From positions 186,001 through 250,000 of the forward strand of contig NW_013547017.1 in the NCBI RefSeq assembly GCF_000711695.1: DNA of 64,000 bases, written 5' to 3'. Of this stretch, positions 37,019 through 49,025 are shown piece after piece (position 1 is the stretch's first letter; each line of letters opens with the position of its first letter). The notes beneath the pieces were generated by a model that had not been told where the DNA came from, made no database searches, and was given only the letters and a program-made list of their open reading frames with translations. The translations under genes and the position numbers were made by a program. This stretch comes from Tilletiaria anomala UBC 951. Taxonomy: Eukaryota.

Positions 37019-38991
37019 ATGTCCGACCCAGCTTCGTCTTCCTTCCGTGGTGGGCGCAGCAACGCGCCGCCGTCACAATCAACGCCTCCAGCTCGTAATG
37101 CGAGGGCTTCGGGAACCCGCTCCTCACCGCGCAACAGCCGCAATTCCCAGGCTTCAGCAACAGCTGCGGCAACGAAAGCACTAAGGTCCACGCCTGATGC
37201 TTCAAGAGCTGCTTCCCCAGGAACGGCATTCGGAGCTCTCTCTGCATCCAAAGAGGCCCGCGAGAATGCCGAGCGGATGCACCTCAACGCATTGCTGACG
37301 GAGCTCAATGGGCAAATCGACGCATTAAGGTCGCAACTCGAGAATGCTCGGCAGCAGAATGCCTCCAGAGCATCAGAGAAAGAGAAACAAATGCAGCAGA
37401 TCGCAGGACTGTCGAGTGCAGAGCTCGTCATGGACGACGAAATCGATGCTTTACTCAAAGGGATGGATGATGACGCATTGTGAGTGCGGTCCTCGAGGCA
37501 ACAAGTCCACAAATCCGGTCGAATTCTTGATCTGAATCGGAATCCCCTTGAAGAACCGCTTTACTGGTATCGTCGCCATCTGCGCTTATGCAGAAGCTGA
37601 TCGGCAGTAACGAGTCCGCTGCGACCGTTTCGCTTGCAGCATCCGCCGCAACTGCATCTACAGAGACTCAAGCGTTCGTGTCCGTCCCTGCGCCGGCTCT
37701 TTCTGCCGGTATCGAGGGCAGTGGTGCAGGGTATGACATCGATACGCGTCTCGTGGCGGGCGATCGAGCGGCGCGCGCTCCAGCTTCAAAACGTCGCCGA
37801 ACCGATGGGGGAGTGACACAAGACAGCCCCACAAATGATGCATGGGTAGAGAAAGAGCACGATTTGGAATCATACGAACTTGACAAATACCAGTGGATGG
37901 AGGACTGGCTCAATGCTCGCAAACGAAGAGGGCAAGATCTGTTGGAGAATTTGCAGGCCTTTACAGGCTGGAGGATCCAGAGTTTGATGCAGAAGAAAAT
38001 AACAAGTGCAGACCGGATGAAGAGCACGAGGGCTTTCGATGTCGCAGGCTGGCTGCATACCATTGGTGCAATACGGGTGAAGCTCACAGTGAAGGAGGAG
38101 CGGGCAAGCGGCCCGCCGAAGGTATCCGAGCTGACGGTGGAGCTGCCCAAGGGAGTCATATCCGCGTTGAACCAGGAGTCCCATCTGGACAGGTAAGTTA
38201 AGATAGCCAGCGCATCCATGGGTCGTCGGAGACGCTGATGACGATTTCCCCTTTTTCTTACGCACATAATGAAAGGCTGCTGCGACGCTGCGACGCGCCA
38301 GCCGTCTTCAATACGCTGCGAAGTCTTAGTTCAGCCGCTCGTGCTCGACGAAAACTGTTCCAAGCTGTTGCAACCCAGCTACGCCCTCTGTGCGGTACGA
38401 AAGCTTATGCAGTCAATGCAGAAGCTATGTTTCTTGCGTCTCGATGGAACCATCGGAGGCACAAATCTGGTAGAAGCAACCATAACCGGCTCGCAACTGA
38501 CTTGAATATGGAGGAACACGACTTGTCGGATCAGGAAGCTGCTCAGGTCGTGTACGATCCTGAGCAGGCAGAAACACTGATCTTGAGCAACGACAAGTGA
38601 GGTACGAGCGTATTTTACTAATGTGATGCGCGCATCTGACTCTACTTTTTTTGACAGCAATGCGCAACTGCATCTTCGATACCGCATCGCTTTCGACGCG
38701 TTTGGGCGCGGTCTTCCCGATGTGTCTCTCACTGCCAAGTTACCCGACTCGAGTGAGTAATCTGAAAGCCTGGATAGCTCCGCTTGTGCAGCGATCGCTG
38801 AGCCCCCTTTCGCCCCTTTTATTCGCACAGCAGCCCTTTCACCCGAGGCGGATGAGATCTTGAGAGCTATACCCACTCAGTTCAGAAGAATGGTTGACCA
38901 CCGGCCGGGTCTGGAAGGAGAGACGGAGGCTCAAGCAATAGAGAGTATCGTGCTGAGCATTGCAGCTTGCTTTTTCGGTGTCACGCTATAA
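37019..38991 (+). CDS. Probable inner-kinetochore protein CENP-P/Ctf19 (coiled coil plus tandem RWD-like domains)
   Basis: Exons 37019-37479, 37554-38192, 38276-38596, 38658-38751, 38831-38991. N-terminal coiled coil, then LQAFTGWRI, RRKLFQAV, LRYRIAFDAFGRGLPDVSLTAKLP and ILRAIPTQFRRMV...AIESIV, which resemble the CENP-P C-terminal pattern as I recall it. Confidence 0.6.
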
Positions 38992-39357
38992 ACCAATCGC
39001 CCTTGCAGACGGATCAATGTTTGTATTTAGTAGCCTTCGTCTGCCGAGCCCACTATTTAACGAGAAGTTGCAATTGAGCAACTTAAGACCTCTGCGAGAT
39101 CGGAATGCTGCGACCGGCTGTTGAGGGCCAAGCGTCTTCTTAGAAGTGCGTGGATTTACATAGAGTGTGGTCGCACACGCAGAAGAGCGCTTCCTCGTCC
39201 AGCCGCCAGCGCCAATCACTCGTTCTCCCCTGCGCCGGCTACCAGCTTTTGAACGATGCTGCATCTTCCAAGGCCGTATTGTGCAAACCTCTAACTTCCC
39301 ACAGGAAGGCAAGCATCTCCTTGCAGGCGCTACTAGCTCGTGCATCTAGCGGACAAG

Positions 39358-41865
39358 ATGCTGCGTCGGTCGGTGGTCTCAGCCTCAGGCAGGCTGCCCG
39401 CTTCGGCGGCAGGCGCAGCCGGAGTGGCGCGCCATGCTACCGGTGCCCATATGGCCCGCTTTTCGACCTCGTGCACTAGAGCGCAGGCATCACCTGCTCC
39501 AGAGCAACCCAAGATGGTCAAGCTCACAGTGGATGGGAAGGAGGTTGAGGTCGTCCAGGGGTGAGTGACGTTGGCCAACGGCGCGTGGCGATTCTAAAGA
39601 CACAAGAATGCTAATATTATCCTGACGACCTCCGACAGTACCGCCCTCATTCAGGCTTGCGAGAAGGCAGGAGCGCAGATCCCAAGGTTCTGCTACCATG
39701 AGAGAGTGAGTTGGTACCGAAAAAGAAGAACTTGGTTGCAGCTGTTGACGCAAATGGTACGTGTCGGCAGCTTATGGTCGCAGGGAACTGTCGCATGTGC
39801 TTGGTGGAGAGCAAGGGCGCGCCCAAGCCCGTGGCCTCCTGTGCTTTCCCTGCTATGCCTGGCCAGCAGATCTTCACCAACACCCCATTGGTAGCAAAGG
39901 CTCGTGAGGGTGTTATGGAATTCCTTTTGGCCAATCACCCCCTCGACTGCCCTATTTGCGACTGGGGAGGAGAATGCGACCTGCAGGACCAATCGATGCG
40001 CTATGGCTCCGACCGGGGCCGCTTCCACGAGATCGCCGGCAAGCGTGCAGTCGAGGACAAATACTTTGGCCCCCTCGTTAAGACAGTCATGACCAGGTGC
40101 ATTCAATGCACCCGCTGTGTCCGCTTTGCAAACGACATTGCAGGCATCCAAGACCTCGGCACCTCGGGCCGCGGCAACTCTCTACAAATCGGCACGTACA
40201 TCGAGAAGACGCTTGACTCTGAAATGTCCGGCAATATCATCGACCTCTGCCCGGTGGGTGCTCTCACGTCTAAGCCATACGCATTTCACGCGAGGCCATG
40301 GGAGCTCAAGAAGACAGAGTCTATCGATGTTCTCGACGCTGTTGGATCCAATATTCGTGTGGACTCTCGTGGTGTGCAGGTGATGCGCATTTTGCCACGG
40401 ACAAACGACGACATCAACGAGGAATGGATCAATGATAAGAGCCGCTTCGCATGCGATGGGCTTAAGTACCAGCGCCTCACCACGCCGCTCATCAAGCAGG
40501 GTGACGGCTTCGTCCCAGCTTCGTGGCCGGAGGCTCTTGTGGCCATTGCTGAAGGCCTGGCATCGAGTGGCGCAAAAGGAGACGAAATCAAGGCCGTTGC
40601 TGGCTCACTTGCAGATGCCGAGTCGATGGTTGCTCTCAAGGACCTGGTCAACCGTCTGGGCTCTGAGAACCTTACCACCGACTTGCCCACCGGGGACCAA
40701 CCCTCTGCGACTGGCGTCGACATTCGCTCCAATTACTCTTTCAACTCTAGTATTCCGGGCATCGAGGATGCGGATGCCATCCTCCTGGTTGGTACCAACC
40801 CGCGACATGAGGCTGCGATTGTGAACACGAGGATTCGCAAAACCTACCTCCGCTCTGATTTGACAGTCGGCTTGATCGGAGAACAAGTTGACCTCACCTA
40901 CGACTACGATCACGTGGGCACCGACGCCAAAGCCATTCAGTCCATCATCGATGGTAAGGGTGACTTTGGTAAGAAGTTCAAGCAGGCCAAGAAACCGATG
41001 ATCATCGTTGGCAGCGCGGTCGCCGAGCACGTGGATGGAAAGGGCATGCTGGCAGGCTTAGCCGAGTATGTCAAGAGCAACAAGGATCGATTCATCTCTG
41101 CCGAGTGGAACGGTTTCAACATTCTTCAGCGCACAGCTTCGAAGACTGCCGCGAACGACATTGGCTTCGCTGCTCGCAAGGCAACAGCCGACATCACGCC
41201 AAAGTTCATCTACCTGCTCAACGCTGACGACTTTTCGCCAGAGAGCATTCCGAGAGATGCCTTTGTCGTCTACCAGGGTCACCACGGCGACGTTGGCGCT
41301 CAGTTTGCCGATGTGTGCTTGCCCGGTGCTGCATACACGGAGAAGGCGACTACCTTCGTCAACACGGAAGGCCGAGCGCAGCTAACTCGCGCCGCTGTTC
41401 CTCCACCAGGCGCAGCTCGTGAGGACTGGAAGATCATCCGTGCACTCTCTGAAGTGCTGGGCCACGTGCTTCCCTACAACGATCTCCTCGATCTGCGGGA
41501 TCGCATGTTCGACATCTCTCCCACGCTCGTCCGATACGACATCGCTGAGCAGACCTCGGCGGCGAATGCGCTCGCTGGGATCGACTCGCTGGTCCAAGGC
41601 GGCGACGCAAAGAAAGTGTCTGGTGCGCCACTCTTCCGACCTATCACCAACTTCTACCAGACTGATCCTATTTCGCGCGCATCGCCGACCATGGCGAAAG
41701 TAAGTCTCCTTCTCGGTTGCTATTGTTCTCACCCATTGGTTCGTCATCGCTGACCACCCTTTCCTCTTCCCTCCCACTGCCCAGTGCGTCAAAGCCTTCG
41801 TGCAAAAGCTGCCGATGGAACAGGTCGAGCCACCGCGCCTGAGCGAACTTTCGTCGCTGAATTAG
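39358..41865 (+). CDS. NDUFS1: Mitochondrial NADH:ubiquinone oxidoreductase 75-kDa Fe-S subunit
   Basis: Presequence MLRRSVVSASGR. Motifs IPRFCYHE, AGNCRMCLVE, NHPLDCPICD(W)GGECDLQDQ, TRCIQCTRCVRF, DLCPVGAL. Three short introns. Confidence 0.97.
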
Positions 41866-42267
41866 TTGGCTGAGAACTGTGTAGATCCAATTGCAACGCC
41901 TAAAGAATGCATACATCATGATCGCAACAGTTGTACCTACAATTTAGCCCACCGGGAGCGGACTTTCTTATGAAGCCGTGACAACGCAGGCTGCACGGCT
42001 CCATCGCTACAAGATGGCCGCAGTGACACTCCAAGGTATCCTCTGACTTGGCTGAATCAGCGTAGGGAGAGAGGTTGCCGCGGGCCAACTGCCACTGCCA
42101 CCCCTGTGGAAATGGGGATCAAACTTGAGAAAAGTCGCGTATCTTCGGATACCGCTTAGAAGTCAAAAGGAGAGCACCATCGCGATAAGGTCGTCGCACG
42201 CATTGAATTCCCCTCCTTGCGCTAGGCTGTGCTATGCTGAGATAGTTTCAAAGGTCGTTGCTGCAAG

Positions 42268-44767
42268 ATGCGATCACTTCTGACTCAGGCGGCTGTGACG
42301 CTGCGGCGAGGGGGAACATGGATCACCCTCTCCGGCTCCGCTGCACCTCTTTCGACACGGTTGGGGCTCACAGCCTGGTCCGAGGCGGCACGTACTATTT
42401 CTCGTCCAGGCGGCTATGACCTTCGACCATTGCGGAGTATCAGCAGCAGCAGCACCATCAGACGTGCCGATATAGACACCCAGATAGATACAGAAACCGC
42501 GTCCAACCAGCAGAGCACCGAACATGCTGTCGTATCGTTCGCCGATCTTTTTTCCATCGGCATCGGTCCAGTGCGTATGGTCGGCTCTCCGTTACCAGAT
42601 GCCATGCCTTCTGTGTCTGATGCCGCTCATGCTTGTATTTCCTCAATTCTGTGTACAGTCCTCGAGCCATACGATCGGCCCCATGCGAGCAGCGGGTATC
42701 TTCATCTCGGATCTCAAGAGAGAGAATCTGCTCAACAAAGTCAGAAGCATCAAAGTGTCCCTCTTTGGGTCACTTGCAGCCACAGGTGAAGGGCATCATA
42801 CACCTCAGGCGCTCCTTTTGGGACTAGAAGGTGCCGATTGCGAGACAGTTGACACATTCTCAATCGAGCCCAGATTCGAGGCGATCAAGAGGAACGGTAC
42901 AATCGTGCTGGGCAAGGACACGGAAGGCGATCTGGCCCAAGAGGTCACGTTTGTGTACGACAAGGACTTGGAGTGGCACTGGGACAAACGCCTGCCGCTT
43001 CACTCAAACGGTATGCGAATGACTGTCTTTGACCAGGAAGGCGATTTGCTAGCGGTCAACGACTATTACTCCATTGGCGGAGGCTTTGTTGTCAATGGTT
43101 CGATGGCGACAGCCAGCTCTCCTGCAGGTATGAGCCCTGCCTTGCCTGCTTCTGTCGAGGATAGGGACGAGGTCATGGAAGCCGAAACAGGCTCCTTGCA
43201 AGTTCTCTCGGAAGACGCGCACTCTCACCCAGTGGACCTCGCTGAGAACGTCTTCTATAAAGAGATTGACCGCAAACACGCCAGCTCGGATCGTCGTCAT
43301 GGTCAGACGGCAGCAGCCAACAAGGACGTGTCTGCTCTGATCCCAGCCGAGAATGCGCCGGCTTCGTCAAGCCCCGAGTCTAGCATCCCATACCCCTTCA
43401 AAAACGCAGCAAGCTTGCTATCGCTGTCGAAGCGACATAATTTGACCATTGCGCAGATTGTTTTCCAGAACGAGCGTACTTGGTACACACCGGAGCAGAT
43501 TCGCGAAAAGGTGAATCCCTCAGCCACCTTGTATGCGCGTAACCACTTTCATTCTAACTAACGAACCGAGGCTTCTTCAAGCTCTTCCGCATATGGCATG
43601 TCATGGACAATTGCATTCGAGAAGGGACTCACGCGCCCGAGGGCGTCTTGCCCGGAGGGCTGAACCTCAAGCGTCGCGCCCCGCGACTCTATCGGGGCTT
43701 GCTTCGTGGTTTCTATCCCGGGGTTGCCGCTCCAAGCTCTAACCCAGAGGATCCAACACAACTCTTGCCACCATCCTCAGAAGACGGGCCCTTCTTGTTA
43801 TCAAGAAATGGCGGTAGTGAGGATAGCACCAACAGTAGCAGTGCTACTGTCTTCAGACCCCCGCCTCCACCGCCCGTCCGGGTCATCCGTGGCGACCTCT
43901 CCCATCCGATCATGCCGGTGCCGCCCAAGCGAACAGTCTTTCCCGCCATGGACTTTCTATCCACATACGCCATCGCTGTCAATGAAGTAAACGCATCCGG
44001 TGGGCGCGTGGTGACATCTCCGACGCTTGGCGCGAGTGGTGTGATTCCATCCGTGCTCAAGTACCATCTCGAGTTCATTTCAGACGACCCAGATCGGGAC
44101 GTTCAGACCTTCTTGCTCACTGCAGCCGCCGTCGGAATGCTTGTCCGCCGCGGCGCGACAATTTCAGCCGCGTAAGTCTTTATGTCACACTCGCTTGTGA
44201 ACGTCGCTAACGTCTCGTGGACCCGCCCCTTTCTCCTTCACAGGGAGGGCGGCTGCCAAGCAGAAGTGGGTGTGGCGTGCTCAATGGCAAGCGCCGGCTT
44301 GGCCGCCGTGCTTGGCGCCCCGCCGGAGATCATCGCCCAAGCTGCAGAGATCGGACTGGAACATAACCTTGGGCTCACGTGCGACCCTATCCACGGCTTG
44401 GTGCAAGCTCCGTGTATTGAGCGCAATGCGCTCGGCGCCGTCAAGGCCGTCAATGCTGCTCAGCTTGCGCTGGCAGGAGACGGGCAGCACGCTGTCAGCC
44501 TGGATAATGTCATCGAAGCGATGCGACAGACAGGTGAGGGTTCAGGACATTGCAAGGACACGAGTATACCCTTGCGCCCAAAGACGACTGACTAGCCGAT
44601 TGGTTACCTTCCTAGCACGGGCGATGCACACGCACTACAAGGAGACCTCAAAGGGCGGTCTGTCCGCCGTCATCAAGGTCCCTGTCGCAGTTCCAGCTGT
44701 AAGTACGATGGGGTTACTCCGAGTTAGGGAAAGGTTGTGAGCTCATCATAATCACTTGCAGTGTTGA
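42268..44767 (+). CDS. Iron-sulfur-dependent L-serine dehydratase (SdaA-type, single chain) with a mitochondrial presequence
   Basis: Motifs [105 protein letters not shown]...C*. Introns 42571-42658, 43511-43580, 44172-44243, 44534-44615, 44699-44761. The N-terminus is R/S/T/L-rich. Confidence 0.93.
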
Positions 44768-45039
44768 TTATTGCGTATAATTGAGATAGAATGAAGGGCA
44801 GTTGAGTTTAGTTCGGGCCAATGCGGCATGCCGAATTGGAAAGATCATAAGGCGGCAACTTCTTGATTCAGGTACAACGACGGATCTCAGCAGTGGGTAA
44901 TGGCAAATGCGTCTCAGCTCGTGTCACGCAAGTCGCAGCTGGGGAGGTCATCCATGTACGCCGAGGCAGGAAATACAGACACTGGTCCTTGATCGCCTTC
45001 CTGTCTCCCCATGCTCCAAAGTCTTCTGCAGAGAAGTAT

Positions 45040-45857
45040 TCACTCGCTCTCGGGGTACCCAGAGTTTACGCTTGGCTTGTACTGCCACGCCTTGCCGCTC
45101 TGTTCCAGGCGCTTAGTCGCCTCCGGTAATGCCCATGATTGGATGCTGCAGCGCAAGGCAAGAAAGTTCAGTGAGGCCCTGTTAGGAAGCTTACTTCCTG
45201 TTCGAAGGATAGGATCAACGGCTGGTACAATCACAAGTCTTTTCTACCTCTTCCATGTCTGCTCTGAGAGCCAGACCTGAAAAGCGCGGCGTGGAGACTG
45301 CACAAGTTCCATGTGGCAAGCGCACGGAGCAATGTAGCCGCTATCACTATCGCGCACAGCCAGCCGTTGACGCTGTAAGACGAGTCAGAACTGAGGCGAA
45401 GTGCAACTCACCTCGTGTCTGGCTTGTACATATAAAGGACGGTTCCGAAAACGATCGAACCCCACATTCCATAGGTCCAAAGTGATTCCCAACCTTCCTT
45501 CTCCCTCTTCTGACCTGGTGGTAGGGGCTGCGGGGTACAAGACGAGAGAGTTGAACATCAACAACATACACGCCGAGGCAGCTCTGGTCAACCCCACCTT
45601 TTCGTTGAAGAGCCGACCTGTGGGTCGATTGGTATCGCAAAAAGGATAAGCAGAAGCTCACGATCAGCTTTTCTTAACAATTTCCTCCTTCACTGCATGT
45701 CCATAGCAAAAATGAGCTGCTCACCAGTCGGTGGGTTGTATCCACCTCCGCCGGAAGCGAATCTGCGTTGGACGAACGTTCGCGCGACGGTGCTCGGCGC
45801 ACGCAGCGCCTGGCGCGCCGCCGCCACGGTGCCTGATGAAGCCGCTTTCAGTGACAT
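45040..45857 (-). CDS. NDUFB11: Complex I accessory subunit ESSS/NDUFB11
   Basis: Spliced MSLKAASS...RRFASGGGGYNPPTGRLFNEKPLPPGQKREKEGWESLWTYGMWGSIVFGTVLYMYKPDTSIQSWALPEATKRLE...SE*. Exons 45857-45725, 45617-45598, 45527-45412, 45145-45040. Confidence 0.9.
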
Positions 45858-46379
45858 GGCTGCGACGATGAGGGCGAAGTGAATTGGCGCTACCTCCTTA
45901 ACAAGCTGGCATCGATGTGGAAACACTTGCTATTGATGAAGGTGCCGCTGGGATGCCAATGAGAGGAGCCTCGAGTGAGCCAATGAGAGCATGAGGCTGT
46001 GAGAGGGACTGAGGGAGGCTGCTGTCCACTGCCCACCGGAAGAGGGCGGAACGAGAGAAAGTCTGCGGCCGCTGGCACTACACCGCAGAAGGCAAGCCCT
46101 CCCTTTCTTTCCCACTTTCCGCTGCGCCCCTACAGCATCATCGCACGCCAATGCCATGCCCCGCCCATAACGGGTTCTCCACTCACGCTGGCTGCGATCC
46201 CCAGACATATTCACAATGGGTTCTGCCTTCGTGGACAGCACCTTTGCGACAACTGTGCATTGTCTGATGCCGAATCTGTGTTGAATCCAAAGCTATCTGG
46301 CCTCACGCGAATTGGCGTGCTGAATCGTCGGACCGACGAGCACTGTGACACCAACTCTGTTCCAGGAGTCGATGCAGCG

Positions 46380-48806
46380 ATGACGTCCGTTGCCAGTGGG
46401 AGTGCTGTTTCACCAAGCGCAAACTCGCCAGTGACAAGCACAATACAGCTGCAGGCGCAGCTTCAGACTCCATCGCATTCACAATCAGGCACCAGCTTTC
46501 AACAGCAGCCGCAGCAGCATCGAGGTCAGTTGTCGACAGAGGACGAGGCGGATGGCGATGATGAAGACGGCGATGCGGAAGAGGAAGAGGACGACGAGGG
46601 TGCAGAGGGCGGCACGGACCTCCTGCAAGAGCATACCATCAAATCCGGGTATTTGTGGAAGAAGGGTGAAAAGAGAAAGGTGCGCATCAACAAACCAGCA
46701 GCTTTAAAGCATGCATGTGTCTGACATGGCCCCTTGCAGACCTGGAAAAAGCGGTGGTTCGTTCTGAGAGCATCCAAGCTGGCCTATTACAAGAATGAGA
46801 AGGTAAGCCAACGTCACTCCCGTCCAAGCGGCAGGAACGGTCCTCTGACAACTCTTTGTTGCCTGCTATTCAGGAGTACCAGCTACTTCGCTTGATCGAC
46901 ATGTCAGAAGTGCATGCGGTCGCCTCTGTCGAGCTAAAGAAGAACGAGAATTCCTTTGGCATCGTCACCCCGAAGAGAACGTACTACGTGAAAACAGGCT
47001 CTCGGAGGGATATGCAAGACTGGATCCAGCATCTCAACGATGTTAAGACGCAAATTGCGCAGTCTGCTACGCTGACGCAGGATTTGGCAAAGACGACGTT
47101 GAGCCCGATGACACAGCAGGACCCAACACAAGTCGCGGTCCCTGGAATTGGCGTCTTTCACTCTCCAGCGCAGCCACGGCCAATACCCAGCGGCTCTCGT
47201 ATGTCGCCGCCATTGGGAGCGGCTGCTTTCTCGCCTTTGACGGCAACTAGTGACAGCGACGTTTCAGAGGCCCAAAAGTTCGGTCTCAGCTACGCGAGCT
47301 CCTTTGGCCAATCAGTCCTGGGTAGCTCACCAGCGCGGACGACAGCTAGTGCTGGCCCTGTGCAAAGCACCGCAGACCGCCTCTCTAGCGGCGGCTATTC
47401 GCCTTCTACGAGTCATTCGGGTGCTGAAGGATCCGATCAGCGCTTGAACAGGTCGGCGAGCATGTCGCGACGCGATCGCTCGGTGAGCGAGAGCGGCGGC
47501 GAGCGGCTCACGCTACCAGGCCAAGCGACTTTCAGTGGCGGTGGTGCTAGCAGCGCTGCCGGGATGGTCAGCTCGTCGGAAGAGGAGGAAGAGTGGGACG
47601 AGGAGGAAGGTGCGGATCGGGCGATGCCGCTACCGGCTTTGGCTGCCGGCGGCATCACCTACGCGCCCACGAATTTGGATTTTGCCGAACAGGTCGCCAA
47701 GCAGCAGATGCCAGGGCAGTTGCCGGATCTTGGCAGCTCTCCCGCTGCACTGACCACAGCAGGAGCCGCGGCGAATGGAGCCAATGCTGGCGGCAGTGGC
47801 TCGGACTTTCTGCGTGACCCGAGCCGGGTCATCCTGCAAGGCTACCTCATGAAGCAGAGCAATCGGCGGAAACATTGGCGAAAGCGATGGTTCGTGCTCA
47901 CCAGCTCGAAGCTAATGTACACACGCAGTCACATGGTGCGTCCCTGATCAATCCGTTGTTTTGATCATTGAGAAGCTGAACACTAACACGTCCCTACACA
48001 CTGAAAACCACATCTTTGCGGCGGTGCAGGATGCGAAAGCACATCGGCAAATACCCGTCGCGTCTATCCTGGACGCGATTGAGTACGAGTCCAAAAAGGC
48101 AGCGAAGGACACTAGCAGCACCCTGTCTTCACCGACATCTGTAGTCAAGACGTTCAATTTTGGCTCGTTTGGAGAAGCTGGCGAGTCCTCTGCATATGGA
48201 GAAGGCGATGTAGAAGGCGAAGTACCTGGAAGCGGGCTTAGCGGGGCTTCAGGCACGGTTGGAGGGTCTGGTGGAAGCGGCGGAGGTGGGCTCGCAGGAT
48301 GCGGTGCACCGGCCATCGAGCGCCGGAACAGCGTGATTGCAGCAGCAGGCAGTGTCGCATCCTCGGTTGGCGCAGGTGTCGGCGCTGCGATCAGTGGCAG
48401 CGGCGTGGGCGGCAGCGGCAGGAAGCGCAAGGAGAACTGCTTCCGGATCATCACACCCAAGCGCAACTTCCTCATCTGCGCTCCAAGCGAGGAAGAGGAG
48501 ATCAAATGGCTCTCCACGCTGCAAACGCTCATCAGTCGCGTGCGAGACGCGCAGAATGAAAAGGAGCAGGAGCGGGACCGTCTTAAAAGGCAGCAGTCGC
48601 AGAAGGGCTCGCGGCTAATCGGAACAACGGTGCAGGGCTTCAATGTCGGCTCGCCGCTACCGCCCCCTGCGCATCAACAACAGCACCAACAACAATCTTC
48701 AGCTGCGGCGGGTAGTGCAGCTGTGTCCGTGCCCAAGCGGACGCGTTCGACGAACAACGCGCCCGCAAGCGCGCTGCCTGTCGAAGGCGAACAACAACGA
48801 TCGTGA
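46380..48806 (+). CDS. Tandem PH-domain protein (Opy1-like)
   Basis: PH1: IKSGYLWKKGEKRKTWKKRWFVLRASKLAYYK...FGIVTPKRTYY...WIQHL. PH2: ILQGYLMKQSNRRKHWRKRWFVL...FRIITPKRNFLICA...WLSTL. Three introns. Confidence 0.88.
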
Positions 48807-49025
48807 TCACACCGAGCGAACATTTTCTTCCGTGCAAACATATCTACGCTTCACGTCTTGCTAATGAAAGTCACTCATCTTCCAATGAGAGTGGTACGCA
48901 CAATTGTATTCCCCTATTTCATTTGCTATATCGCCTTGCATCATGATCCTCATCTGCAACACTCTCGTTAAGGAAAATGCGCAGCTCTACACTTCGTCGA
49001 GTGTCAAACGCGTATACAGTAATTT

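Noticed and set aside
42268..44767. Bacterial contamination or very recent horizontal transfer of the serine dehydratase
   Set aside because: It has five spliceosomal introns, a presequence and is embedded among fungal genes.
45146..45411. Possible [D1,2] stwintron in NDUFB11 (G|GTGAGT...AAG|TAAGC)
   Set aside because: Two-step splicing would remove one extra exon base and frameshift the PDTSIQSW motif.
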